Below are positions 28,166-37,919 of a DNA stretch of 61,684 bases, piece by piece. The position numbers and the translations under genes are program-made. Source of the stretch: Methanobacteriota archaeon (GTDB taxonomy: Archaea; Thermoplasmatota; Poseidoniia; Poseidoniales; Thalassarchaeaceae); contig PBBV01000024.1 in NCBI GenBank assembly GCA_002717835.1, positions 1 to 61,684 on the forward strand, given 5' to 3'. How positions within the stretch are numbered: the first letter of the stretch is position 1; each line of letters opens with the position of its first letter. The notes below the pieces were generated by a model. That model saw nothing but the letters and a program-made list of their open reading frames with translations. It did not search any database and was not told the DNA's origin.

Positions 28166-29682
28166 TAAGAAACCTCCAATCCGGCCAACACCATCTTGGA
28201 GATATCACTCGTGTCCTGAGACATAGACCTATCTCCATCTAAAGGCTTTGACAGGGATCTGATCATTTTGTGGAGCTTTCTAACGCCATTTCCTGCTTGA
28301 TGATTCCTTAAATCCAAAGCCGCTGAAGCGACCAACATCTCATTAGCCAAGACAGAGGATGCTAGTGTGCATACCTCTTCTAGACGTTGACATGCTGTTG
28401 ACCCCATCGAAACATGATCTTCCTTCCCTCCAGAGACTGGTATGTTCGTGAGTGACGCCGGGCTAGCTAGGAGCCTGATTCTAGCAATCGCAGCAGCTGA
28501 GACGTATTGTACGATCATCAATCCACTTTCAAGACCGCTGTTCTTTGCTAGATAGGCTGGAAGGCCGCTCCAACTGGGCATCAACATTTGATTGGTCCTA
28601 CGTTCAGATATAGAGCATATCTCATGTATCGCTGCTGCTAAATTATCCGCTGCCAATGCAAGTGGTTCTCCGTGGAAATTACCACCGCTAAGTACATCAT
28701 ATCCGCCAAGTGTATTTTCAAGTATCAAGGGATTGTCTGTAGCACTGTTGACATCTGAAATAGCTATCTCTTTACTGAATTCTACGATGTCTATAGCTGC
28801 ACCATGTACCTGGGGGGCGCACCTGAAGCTGTATGCATCCTGAACACGTGTACACTCAGTATGACTCTTGTTTATTTGTGAATCCAGCAGATGATTCAAT
28901 ATTCGTTTCGCACTGATCCTTTGGCCAGGCTGAAATCTAACTTCATGTATTCTGGGATCGAACGGTTTGTGAGATCCTGCTATCGCTTCTACGCTCATGG
29001 CGCAGGCCGCGTCAGCAGCAACGCAAAGGTTGTGAGCATATTCTACTGCTTCGGCGAGATAGGCCGCCATCTGAGAAGTTCCGTTGATGAGGGAAAGCCC
29101 TTCCTTCGCGCTTAGTACGACTGGTTTCAGTCCCAAGCTGTCGAAGACATGGTCAGTTTGTATCTCGACCCATGCATCCCCCTTCTTGTGTAGAAATCGC
29201 CCTTCCCCTATGATTGCCATGGCCATGTGAGCAAGCGGGGCTAGATCCCCTGATGCTCCCAATGAGCCAATTGAGGGTATAACTGGTGAATATCCGGAAT
29301 TCACTAAACTAAGCATGGTATCGACTACTTCCGGTCTGATTCCTGAAACACCCAGAGTAAGAGAATTCGCTCGTATAGCGAGCATTCTGAGTGATGTTAA
29401 TGGGTTCATATCAGGACCTATGCCGCATGCGTGGCTTAGAATCAAATTCCGTTGCAATTGTTCTAGTTGAGAAGAATCTATCCTTACGTTGGAAAGGCTT
29501 CCAAAACCCGTATTAATTCCATACACGGAGTCTTCGTTCTCTAATATCGACTCCACATGTTTTCTCGAGTTAACCATCTTTCTTCTCGCAGAATCTGAAA
29601 TGAAGAGTTCTGTGGGGACGTTGCCAATAGAAATGATATCCTCTAGTGTCATTGACCTTCCATCGAGTTTAATCTTCCTCAT
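28165..29682 (-). CDS. hutH: Histidine ammonia-lyase
   Basis: GSLGASGDLAPLAHMA (MIO-forming ASG) and SGGNFHGEP. Confidence 0.92.
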   Translation of the reverse strand: MRKIKLDGRSMTLEDIISIGNVPTELFISDSARRKMVNSRKHVESILENEDSVYGINTGFGSLSNVRIDSSQLEQLQRNLILSHACGIGPDMNPLTSLRMLAIRANSLTLGVSGIRPEVVDTMLSLVNSGYSPVIPSIGSLGASGDLAPLAHMAMAIIGEGRFLHKKGDAWVEIQTDHVFDSLGLKPVVLSAKEGLSLINGTSQMAAYLAEAVEYAHNLCVAADAACAMSVEAIAGSHKPFDPRIHEVRFQPGQRISAKRILNHLLDSQINKSHTECTRVQDAYSFRCAPQVHGAAIDIVEFSKEIAISDVNSATDNPLILENTLGGYDVLSGGNFHGEPLALAADNLAAAIHEICSISERRTNQMLMPSWSGLPAYLAKNSGLESGLMIVQYVSAAAIARIRLLASPASLTNIPVSGGKEDHVSMGSTACQRLEEVCTLASSVLANEMLVASAALDLRNHQAGNGVRKLHKMIRSLSKPLDGDRSMSQDTSDISKMVLAGLEVS

Positions 29683-31703
29683 GACCGTTGTCTCCTTATC
29701 TTTTCGAGCAATTTTTCGTCCACGAGAGACGGTTCTGTGACGACTAGGCGGGGGTCTGATTTCTTAGCCCTATTTATTGCCCACATTGCGCCTGGGTTTC
29801 TAGCCCATGCTCTTCTAGCAATTCCGTTATCAACGTCCCATGAAAGCATGGAGTCAGCACGCCGCGCTGCGTCCTCAGATCCATCTAATACTAGCCCGAA
29901 TCCACCATTCATCACTTCGCCCCAGCCAACGCCTCCTCCATTGTGTAGACTTACCCATGTGGCACCTCTACAAGCATCTCCAATGAAATTCTGAACTGCC
30001 ATATCGGCAGTGTACCTTGAGCCGTCCCTGATATTCGCAGTTTCCCTGTAGGGGCTGTCGGTGCCTGATACATCATGATGATCCCTGCCAAGTATAATTG
30101 GTGCAGTGAGTTTACCTTGGGATACTGCTTCATTGAATTTGGCAGCTATACGTTTTCTTCCATACCCGTCCGCGTAGAGAATTCTTGCTTGACTACCAAC
30201 AACCATGCCGTAGTTATCTGCATTACTGATCCAACTTAAATTGTCTAATATCTGATGGATTATTTCGTCTGGGGCATCCAAAGATTGTTCATAAAGGACC
30301 TGTTTGGCTATTTCGTCGGTGATTTTCAGATCATTCTTCGACCCAGAAGAACACACCCATCTGAATGGGCCGAATCCGTAATCAAAGCAAATGGGGCCCA
30401 TTATGTTCTCAACGTATGAAGGGTATCTGAACGAGCCGTCTTTGCCTACATCTGCTCCCGCCCTGGATGCTTCCAGCAAAAATGCATTTCCGTAGTCCCA
30501 GAATTTCATACCCTTGTTGGACAATCGATTGATTACATCTGCATGTTCTATCAATGTCGATTTGACTAATCTTCTGAACTTTTTTGGGTCATCTGAGAGC
30601 ATTTTAGATGCTTCCTCATAAGACAGGTTTCTAGGGGTATACCCTCCCAACCATGGATTATGTAAACTGGTTTGGTCGCTGCATAAATCTGGTATTACAT
30701 TCGAAACTTCCAGCTGCTCTAAGAGATCGACTATATTACCCACATAACCAATAGAAATTGCTTCCTCGTTAGAAATGGCTACTTTTGCCCGAGATATGAC
30801 CCAATCCAGGTCGTCACTCATTTCTGATAGCCACCCTTGCGAGTGCCTTTTTTCAACAGCATGCCTGTTTGTTTCAGCAATTATCCCCACCGCACCGGTT
30901 ATCACCGCTGCTTTAGCTTGGGCACCAGACATACCACCTAATCCTGAGGTTACGAATAGTAGGCCTTCTAATCCCCGTTCATGGTCGAGCCCGAGATGAA
31001 GTCTCGCAGCGTTTAGGAGTGTTAGAGTTGTACCATGCACAATCCCCTGTGGCCCTATGTACATGTAGGACCCAGCCGTCATTTGACCATATTGGGTGAC
31101 GCCGATAGCATTGTGGTACTCGTAGTCATCCTGTGTTGAATGATTGGGGATCATCATCCCATTTGTTATGATGACCCTCGGCGATTCTTTGTTTGAGGGG
31201 AATAAGCCCATCGGGTGTCCTGAATACATCACGAGTGTCTGATCCTCGGACATTGTGCTTAGGAGCTTCATAGTAATGAGGTATTGAGCCCAATTTTGGA
31301 ATACAGTGCCATTTCCACCATATGTAACAAGCTCGTGAGGGTATTGTGCTACTGCAGGATCTAGGTTGTTTTGAATCATCAACATTATTGCAGCTGCAGA
31401 TTGGGTTTCTGCGGGATATTCGCTTATCGGCCTCGCGTACATGGGGTAGTTTGGTCTGAACCTGTGCATGTACACGTGCCCATGCGTCCTGAGCTCTTGG
31501 GAGAACTCTTCCGCTAACTCCTCGTGCCATGATGGAGGAAAATATCTGAGTGCATTTTCTATGGCAAGGGAAAATGAATCCTCATCAAGATTCATGGGGC
31601 GTGGTGGAGCATGGTCTACATCGGGGTCAATATCTTGCTTCGGGGGCATAGTTTCGGGTATGCCAATTTTAACAAGCTCACTAAACGGTATGTCGACCAT
31701 CAA
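29679..31703 (-). CDS. hutU: Urocanate hydratase (long, ~670-aa form)
   Basis: GGMSGAQAKAAVITGAVGI, TYGGNGTVFQNW and GRDHHDVSGTDSPYRET. Confidence 0.92.
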   Translation of the reverse strand: MMVDIPFSELVKIGIPETMPPKQDIDPDVDHAPPRPMNLDEDSFSLAIENALRYFPPSWHEELAEEFSQELRTHGHVYMHRFRPNYPMYARPISEYPAETQSAAAIMLMIQNNLDPAVAQYPHELVTYGGNGTVFQNWAQYLITMKLLSTMSEDQTLVMYSGHPMGLFPSNKESPRVIITNGMMIPNHSTQDDYEYHNAIGVTQYGQMTAGSYMYIGPQGIVHGTTLTLLNAARLHLGLDHERGLEGLLFVTSGLGGMSGAQAKAAVITGAVGIIAETNRHAVEKRHSQGWLSEMSDDLDWVISRAKVAISNEEAISIGYVGNIVDLLEQLEVSNVIPDLCSDQTSLHNPWLGGYTPRNLSYEEASKMLSDDPKKFRRLVKSTLIEHADVINRLSNKGMKFWDYGNAFLLEASRAGADVGKDGSFRYPSYVENIMGPICFDYGFGPFRWVCSSGSKNDLKITDEIAKQVLYEQSLDAPDEIIHQILDNLSWISNADNYGMVVGSQARILYADGYGRKRIAAKFNEAVSQGKLTAPIILGRDHHDVSGTDSPYRETANIRDGSRYTADMAVQNFIGDACRGATWVSLHNGGGVGWGEVMNGGFGLVLDGSEDAARRADSMLSWDVDNGIARRAWARNPGAMWAINRAKKSDPRLVVTEPSLVDEKLLEKIRRQRS

Positions 31704-32290
31704 GGTCCACTCCAGTCCAATGTTATTGAGAGCATGTTTTCTATTTCATTCATCATGTCATATAGCTTGGATGCAATAGCATGTCTGTCAAGATCGGATA
31801 TTTCCGGAAGATTAGCTTTGACATTGTAAGCACCAATGATCGCGGAGGTAGCTAAGAGATGCTTTGAGGACATGAAATCACTATGCGCGTTTTTATTATA
31901 TTTGGTGCGAAGGTCGGCGTGAAGTAGAGAGACATCGTGCACTTTCGAAACGAGATCCAGTGGGATTTCCGCGGCTAATAATGACGCGGATTGTATAGCA
32001 TTTATTCGCCCTTGTTCTTCTTTGTCCATGCGATAGGCTTCCACTACTGTATCATATGCTTTGCAATCTTCATTGTAGCCTCGTATTGCAATGTCTTCAA
32101 ACCCCGTAGTTTGAGTTATAATGGAATCCGAAATAGCGTGACCTTCTAACCATTTCTTAGATTTTAATGTGAGGTTGGAAACCATTCTCAGAAGTCCAGT
32201 ACCTTGGCCCCATACGAGCCAACCAACTGCGCCACCCCCTGGAGTGGGTTGTCCGTTTGAAATGTTAGAGAGCGTTTTTTTGATATCCAT
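31700..32290 (-). CDS. Formiminotetrahydrofolate cyclodeaminase (FTCD C-terminal domain as a separate protein)
   Basis: TPGGGAVGWLVWGQGTGLLRMVSNLT and AKANLPE are cyclodeaminase-family motifs. Confidence 0.8.
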   Translation of the reverse strand: MDIKKTLSNISNGQPTPGGGAVGWLVWGQGTGLLRMVSNLTLKSKKWLEGHAISDSIITQTTGFEDIAIRGYNEDCKAYDTVVEAYRMDKEEQGRINAIQSASLLAAEIPLDLVSKVHDVSLLHADLRTKYNKNAHSDFMSSKHLLATSAIIGAYNVKANLPEISDLDRHAIASKLYDMMNEIENMLSITLDWSGP

Positions 32291-33322
32291 TTATTCACCA
32301 GCGTCTATGTTTCTCAGTGCCCATTCTATTATTCTAGATTCAGGTTGGAATTTTTCGAGGCTGTTTAGGCCCAAGCCTAGAATAGCCTGCTCCACCAGAA
32401 TATCCTCTGGAGCATCTTCACCATTATACCAAAGACCTGCCTTGAGCATGCTCTCTAAGGGGACCAAACCCACTATTTCGCTCCCATTTACCTTGGCTCC
32501 GAGTGCCCGAGCAATGGAAAGAACAGCCTCATAGGCTGTATGAACATCAGTTTTTGTGGGATTTGAGAGATTCATGGACACTTGCGATATTCCGTGAGTC
32601 TCAAGTTTCACGCCCATACCCTGTACCGATTCCAACATGCCTTTGATCCTAATTTTCTGACCTGATTCGGATTTAACTAGGAATCCGGACGTCCTGAGGA
32701 TTTTTCCAATTGCAGAAGAGATTCGGGGTTCTATTTCTTCGATGTTTACATTATAGGCCACAAGTATCGGGCGTACGCCTATTGCCATAGCTCCGAATTT
32801 ATCGCATGATTCGTCCCATTCTCCTGCCCAACTATCTGGCATTCTGGTCTCCTCATTTTTCCATGGTCCACCAGTGAATCTATCCTTGAGCCCCTCATAT
32901 CCCCCCTTTCTTAGGTCGGGTAGTCTTGATCTGGATGGGAGGCTTGCATATGATCCATATTTGAACATCGATACCTCCCCCTCCAACTGTCTAAAGCATG
33001 ATTCCGCGACAGCGAAAGCATCCTCTTCTGTGGAATTGCCCAATGGCACAAAGGGAAGCACGTCCACAGCACCCATGCGAGGATGCCCTCCCGAATGTTT
33101 CCTCATGTCTATCAGAGACTGAGCTTTCCTGACAAGAGCTAAACTGGAGGAGATGACTTGTTCCGAACTCCCGGCATAGGTTATCACAGTCCTGTTGTAA
33201 TCCTCATCTGGCTCTACGCCGAGTATCTTCGAGCCTCCATCCTCAACTGATGATACTATGGATTGGATTATCGTATTGTCCCTTCCCTCACTTATGTTGG
33301 GTACGGCTTCTATCAAAGTCAT
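32291..33322 (-). CDS. Glutamate formiminotransferase
   Basis: LIEAVPNISEGRD and GGHPRMGAVDVLPFVPL. The start is taken at the Met 10 nt downstream of the PAN stop; the longer ORF to 33406 overlaps PAN. Confidence 0.85.
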   Translation of the reverse strand: MTLIEAVPNISEGRDNTIIQSIVSSVEDGGSKILGVEPDEDYNRTVITYAGSSEQVISSSLALVRKAQSLIDMRKHSGGHPRMGAVDVLPFVPLGNSTEEDAFAVAESCFRQLEGEVSMFKYGSYASLPSRSRLPDLRKGGYEGLKDRFTGGPWKNEETRMPDSWAGEWDESCDKFGAMAIGVRPILVAYNVNIEEIEPRISSAIGKILRTSGFLVKSESGQKIRIKGMLESVQGMGVKLETHGISQVSMNLSNPTKTDVHTAYEAVLSIARALGAKVNGSEIVGLVPLESMLKAGLWYNGEDAPEDILVEQAILGLGLNSLEKFQPESRIIEWALRNIDAGE

Positions 33323-33332
33323 TATTACAGCC

Positions 33333-34562
33333 TCACTGATACAAAGCCTCTGCACCTTCAGTGGAGCGAGATCGCTCCGAGAGTGCTCTTCTAATTCCTT
33401 CTTCAAGATCTTCCTTGGTCATGTTGTCCTTACCTTCTGATATTGCATACATGCCGGCTTCTGTCACCACTGCCTTCAATTCTGCACCACTCATTCCCTC
33501 GCATTTTTTTGCCAACTTCTTCAAGTCAACACTATCTTCCAGAGGAACGTTTCGAGTATGGATTTCGAGTATAGACACCCTTCCTTCCAAATCTGGTACA
33601 TCGATCCGAATTATCCTATCAAATCTCCCGGGGCGAAGCAGGGCCTTGTCTAGTAGTTCCATTCTGTTTGTGGCTGCGATTACCATGACTCCATCAGAAT
33701 CAGAGAATCCGTCCATTTCGGATAGGAGTTGCATCAATGTTCTGTGTACTTCCCGATCGCCTGAGGTTGTGGAATCAAGCCTTTTACTGCCAATCGCATC
33801 TATTTCATCTATGAAAATAACCGAGGGTGCCTTTTCTCTAGCCATGGCAAAAATTTCCCGAACGAGTCTACCACCCTCTCCAATGTACTTCTGAGCCAGC
33901 TCTGATCCGACTATACCAAGGAAGGTTGCGTTGGTGGAATTTGCCAGTGCCTTAGCTAACATGGTCTTTCCGTTACCAGGGGGACCTGAAAGAAGGACGC
34001 CTCTGGGTGGTTCGATACCAAATTTAGTGAATTCTTCTGGTTTTAAAAGAGGCATCTCAACGGCCTCTCTGATAGATTTAATTTGATTATCCAAGCCTCC
34101 AAGCATGTTGTATTTTGTGTCTGGTTTATGGATAACCTCTGAAGCGGCCACGAGGGGGTCCCAACCGTCGTTGAGAACCTCGATTATGGAAAGTGTGTCT
34201 TGATTCAGAGTTACCCTCGAACCGGCTGAAAGGTCGGCTTGGTTGATCCGGGGGTTATATGTCACCAAAAAAACGGTCCCATTGGAACTCTTTACGATAG
34301 CCCTGTCCCCGATGACATCTTGTATGTGCCCTACAACCAGAGGGGGTGATTTTAGATGTCTGAGGTCTTCCTCCAGTCTCCCGGCTCTCTTGGATACTTG
34401 GGTTATTTCGTTTTCTAGGAGAAGCTTCTCTGTGAGTAGAGTCTGTGTTCTGTCTGCAAGCATCTCAAAATCACGTTTTAGTGAGTCGATTTGCGAAGCT
34501 ATTTCTGCATCGCTTTCTACGTCGTCTTCAACACGCGAGGTCCCCGCCGCATCGCTCGCCAT
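33333..34562 (-). CDS. pan: Proteasome-activating nucleotidase (AAA+ ATPase)
   Basis: N-terminal coiled coil, OB region, Walker A GPPGNGKT, Walker B IIFIDEIDA, and the C-terminal HbYX-like ALYQ. Confidence 0.92.
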   Translation of the reverse strand: MASDAAGTSRVEDDVESDAEIASQIDSLKRDFEMLADRTQTLLTEKLLLENEITQVSKRAGRLEEDLRHLKSPPLVVGHIQDVIGDRAIVKSSNGTVFLVTYNPRINQADLSAGSRVTLNQDTLSIIEVLNDGWDPLVAASEVIHKPDTKYNMLGGLDNQIKSIREAVEMPLLKPEEFTKFGIEPPRGVLLSGPPGNGKTMLAKALANSTNATFLGIVGSELAQKYIGEGGRLVREIFAMAREKAPSVIFIDEIDAIGSKRLDSTTSGDREVHRTLMQLLSEMDGFSDSDGVMVIAATNRMELLDKALLRPGRFDRIIRIDVPDLEGRVSILEIHTRNVPLEDSVDLKKLAKKCEGMSGAELKAVVTEAGMYAISEGKDNMTKEDLEEGIRRALSERSRSTEGAEALYQ

Positions 34563-34638
34563 GTGTGTGCTTCTATACTGGCAGTTGAGAAGGCTTCGGC
34601 TGAGTCGAATTCATCACTGATTAGTAAAACGGGAAAGC

Positions 34639-35121
34639 ATGGGCGTATGCGAACTGTGCGGAAGAGAGAACACAGGAGTGTTCAACATACTGGTGTCGGG
34701 TGCACAAATATCCGCTTGTGGATCATGTAGTACCAAAAGAGGGTTCACCATTCCCTCTAAGGAAACAAACAGAGCGAAAACGACTGTTAAATCACCTAAC
34801 ACAAATTTCCGTAAGACACGGCCAGCGCTAGAGGCTGCAAGTGATTTCCATATCAGAATAAGACGGGGAAGGGAATCGCGAGGTATGAGTGTCGAAGAAC
34901 TCGGCAAGAAGATGAATATTCGCGCGCAGGATCTTCAGAAATACGAGGGTGGGAGTGTGCCCCCGGATGCAGTAGCGAAGAGGCTTGAAAAAGAACTAGG
35001 TATATCGATATTAGAAGAAATAGAGAAAAATGACGTCTCACCGGTAGTAAAACGTTCGAATAAATCCGTTACCATAGCGGACATGTTAGATGATCTGATG
35101 AGGGAAGCATCCAATGAATGA
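34639..35121 (+). CDS. Archaeal MBF1 (zinc ribbon plus HTH, multiprotein bridging factor 1 family)
   Basis: The N-terminus CELCG...CGSC is followed by the HTH IRRGRESRGMSVEELGKKMNIRAQDLQKYEGG. Confidence 0.85.
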   Translation: MGVCELCGRENTGVFNILVSGAQISACGSCSTKRGFTIPSKETNRAKTTVKSPNTNFRKTRPALEAASDFHIRIRRGRESRGMSVEELGKKMNIRAQDLQKYEGGSVPPDAVAKRLEKELGISILEEIEKNDVSPVVKRSNKSVTIADMLDDLMREASNE

Positions 35122-35662
35122 TGGTAAGCAAATAAGAATTGAAGCCATACATTTAGATCAAGATGATCCCAAGAAATGTACAGCTAGAAAATTGGAAAAG
35201 AGAGGGCTTATACGATGCAAGAAGAGGATAGCATCCGTTTCAAAGCGAGGTGTTCTCCTAAATCCACTATCCGATATTCTGCTGAGTCCGATGGATGCGG
35301 AATTAATGGAAACCGGAACACTAGTCGCGTTGGATTGCTCATGGAAGAGAATTCACGAATCTATCAGAATTATCTCAAAAACCACAAGGCTAGAATCTAG
35401 GATTCTCCCAATACTATTGGCAGGTAATCCTGTAAGTTGGGGGAAGAGGGGCCGCATGAGTACGGCAGAGGCTCTTTCCGCATCTCTGTACATAGTTGGT
35501 CACAAGGATCAAGCAATATCCATGTTAAAGCCGTTTAAGTTCAGTGATGCTTTTTTTGATTTGAACGGACAATTACTAGAAGCGTATTCTTCTTGCCATG
35601 ATCGGACTGAATTAGAGGAAATGCAATGGGAATTTTTTGATCGTCCATCATCTGACATTTGA
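35114..35662 (+). CDS. tsr3: 16S rRNA aminocarboxypropyltransferase Tsr3 (DUF367)
   Basis: DQDDPKKCTARKL, VALDCSWKR and ANPVSWGKRGRMSTAEALSASLYIVG. Confidence 0.85.
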   Translation: MNDGKQIRIEAIHLDQDDPKKCTARKLEKRGLIRCKKRIASVSKRGVLLNPLSDILLSPMDAELMETGTLVALDCSWKRIHESIRIISKTTRLESRILPILLAGNPVSWGKRGRMSTAEALSASLYIVGHKDQAISMLKPFKFSDAFFDLNGQLLEAYSSCHDRTELEEMQWEFFDRPSSDI

Positions 35663-37894
35663 CCCCGGTGCTATATCACCATCCGGTCTCAGTAATCTAA
35701 CGGACCCCGCTCCATCATCGGCTGCCAATAGCATTCCATCAGACATAACGCCCCTGATTTTCCTTGGTGCCAGATTTGCGACGAAGACAACCAATGAGCC
35801 GTTCAAATTATCTCTGGTGTAGTGATCCTTCAGACCAGCGCAAACGGTTCTTTCTTGTCCGTCACCTTCTGAAATTTTGACAACATAAAGGCGGTCTGCA
35901 TTGGGATGGTCGTCGACGGACATGACCTTCCCTATTCTAAGATCGACAGAAGCAAAAGTCTCGAAGTCAACTATTGTCACACCTTCGATGTGAGTGCCTT
36001 CGTTATTCATTGTGTCTGTAGATTCCTCAAGAGACAGTATGCTTTCAAGGTCAAGTCTAGTAAATAGTGGTGAGGACTCCGGTAATTGGGAGGGTCGCTC
36101 GCCACTGTCCATAGCGTCATCCCAAAGCAAATCTCCCGGATTTCCGGGTTCTCCGATCATCTCCCACAATCTCTCCGACTGAAAGGGCATGTATGGGTAT
36201 GTGAGTATGGAAAGAATGCGGAGGCTATGCCATGCAGCGGATAGCGGTAATAACGCTTTTTGGATTTCATCAGGATCTTCTGATCGCAGGTACTTCCAAG
36301 GTTCTGCTCTCTGAAGAAAACCGTTCCCCTCTTGAGATATGTCCATTATCTTCCTGAGGGCTTCCTTGAATCTTTGACGTTCCATAGAATCCATAGCTCC
36401 CTTTATCTTCTTTTCAATGAAATTTTTGAAATCAGGGTATTCCTCCAAGCCAGGCAGTCTAGCGATGGGGTTCTTCCCGTCAATGGAAGCGCGTTTAACC
36501 AGTGAGAGAACCCTATTCACATAGTTTCCATAATTTCCAATCAATTCTGAGTTAATTCGTTCTACGAACTCGTCCCATCGGAAATCGGTATCATGAAGTT
36601 CTGGCATATTGATAGTAAGATGATAACGAAGCGAGTCAGGATCGTACCTTTCTAGGAAAGTAGGTAGCCACACGGCGTGCTTTCGGCTTGTGGAGAACTG
36701 GTCTCCGGATAGCATCAGATATTCATTTGACGCAACATTGTCCTCTAGATGCCACTTCTCTTTCTCTTCTTTCCCGGTGTTGAGTGCCAACAAAATGGCG
36801 GGCCAAATAATCGTGTGAAATGGGATGTTATCCTTCCCCATGAAATAAACATGCTTGAGGGAATTCCCCCCTATCCACCATTTTTTCCAGATGTCTTTAG
36901 TTGTACCTTCAGCAGACATGTTTGCGTGCTGTTCCCCCCATATGCGTGCACAGGTCAAGTACCCTTGAACCGCATCGAACCAAACGTATACGCGCTTTGA
37001 AGCCCACACATCATCATCCAGCGGGATTGAGACCCCCCACTCTATGTCTCTAGTTACTGCACGGGGCCGTAGACCCATATCTAACCAGTTCTTGGTCATA
37101 GACCTGACATTTGGCTTCCACACCCTCTGTCGTTCTGATGCATGATGCTCCAAATCCTCTTGGAGAAGATCTAACCTGAAGAATAGGTGATCCGTTTCTC
37201 TAATTTCGACAGGATCTTCAGGGTTTAGCTTTGATACTGGTTCTATAAGTTCCTCAGCTTCGTATGTAGATCCACATGAGTCGCATTGGTCCCCCCTAGC
37301 GCCATCTGATGAACACCTGGGACATTTCCCGTGAACATATCTGTCAGGCAGAAATTGTATTGTCCCATTTTCCCTAATGGAGCAAAATTGTTCCATTGTT
37401 TTCCTTTCCAAGAATCCTTTCTCATGTAATTCTAGAATTACTCCCTGAACAAGCTCATGATGTCTTGGATCGGAGGTTCTGCCATACAACGCTCCACCGT
37501 AATCAGCACCTCTTGAATCGACATTTTCCCCCCAAGAACAACCCATTTTCAACAATGAGTCCAGTATAATTTCGTGATTTTCGTCGACAATTTCTTGAGG
37601 GGTTTTTCCTGTTTCATCAGCAGTCACTGTTATTGGTGTTCCGTGCTCATCCGAGCCGCTTAACATCAATACTCTCCTACCTCTCATCCGTTCGTACTTG
37701 TATTGTATGTCTGCGGGAAGACAATTGCCTGCAATGTGTCCAAGGTGTAGCGGACCATTGGCATAAGGCCAAGCCATGAATATAGCGACATGCTGGTCGT
37801 CCACGAGGCTAGTCTCGAACAGCCACATATTTAGGAGATGGGCAAGCCCGGGGCTACGGAGCAACGCAACCACATGCATACCAGCTTTGTCCAA
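35648..37894 (-). CDS. metG: Methionyl-tRNA synthetase with C-terminal Trbp111/EMAP-like tRNA-binding domain
   Basis: PYANGPLHLGH, zinc knuckle CPRC...CDSCG, DQFSTSRKHAVW, and the C-terminus DLRIGKVMSVDDHPNADRLYV. The start may instead be the Met at 37828. Confidence 0.9.
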   Translation of the reverse strand: MDKAGMHVVALLRSPGLAHLLNMWLFETSLVDDQHVAIFMAWPYANGPLHLGHIAGNCLPADIQYKYERMRGRRVLMLSGSDEHGTPITVTADETGKTPQEIVDENHEIILDSLLKMGCSWGENVDSRGADYGGALYGRTSDPRHHELVQGVILELHEKGFLERKTMEQFCSIRENGTIQFLPDRYVHGKCPRCSSDGARGDQCDSCGSTYEAEELIEPVSKLNPEDPVEIRETDHLFFRLDLLQEDLEHHASERQRVWKPNVRSMTKNWLDMGLRPRAVTRDIEWGVSIPLDDDVWASKRVYVWFDAVQGYLTCARIWGEQHANMSAEGTTKDIWKKWWIGGNSLKHVYFMGKDNIPFHTIIWPAILLALNTGKEEKEKWHLEDNVASNEYLMLSGDQFSTSRKHAVWLPTFLERYDPDSLRYHLTINMPELHDTDFRWDEFVERINSELIGNYGNYVNRVLSLVKRASIDGKNPIARLPGLEEYPDFKNFIEKKIKGAMDSMERQRFKEALRKIMDISQEGNGFLQRAEPWKYLRSEDPDEIQKALLPLSAAWHSLRILSILTYPYMPFQSERLWEMIGEPGNPGDLLWDDAMDSGERPSQLPESSPLFTRLDLESILSLEESTDTMNNEGTHIEGVTIVDFETFASVDLRIGKVMSVDDHPNADRLYVVKISEGDGQERTVCAGLKDHYTRDNLNGSLVVFVANLAPRKIRGVMSDGMLLAADDGAGSVRLLRPDGDIAPGSNVR

Positions 37895-37919
37895 TCCCTT
37901 CTACGGAGGAACACCTGAA

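Noticed and set aside
33361-33894. A 177-aa plus-strand ORF opposite PAN. Similar long antisense ORFs lie at 40774-41262 (opposite priS), 43928-44407 (opposite mqnA), 50514-51065 (opposite coaBC) and 60633-61058 (opposite uS7).
   Set aside because: Each lies fully within a confidently identified gene on the other strand and shows Ser/Pro/Arg-rich shadow-frame composition. There is no independent support.
36686-36700. The MetRS KMSKS position reads QFSTS, apparently lacking both lysines.
   Set aside because: Archaeal MetRS sequences I recall (Pyrococcus type) already read KFSTSR, so only the first Lys differs. Not unusual enough to report as a finding.
37776-37919. A 48-aa N-terminal extension of the DUF21-CBS protein that overlaps the metG 5' end on the opposite strand.
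   Set aside because: The extension has no hydrophobic or family features, and the DUF21 domain begins right after an in-frame GTG at 37920. A divergent 5' overlap of more than 100 nt is implausible.
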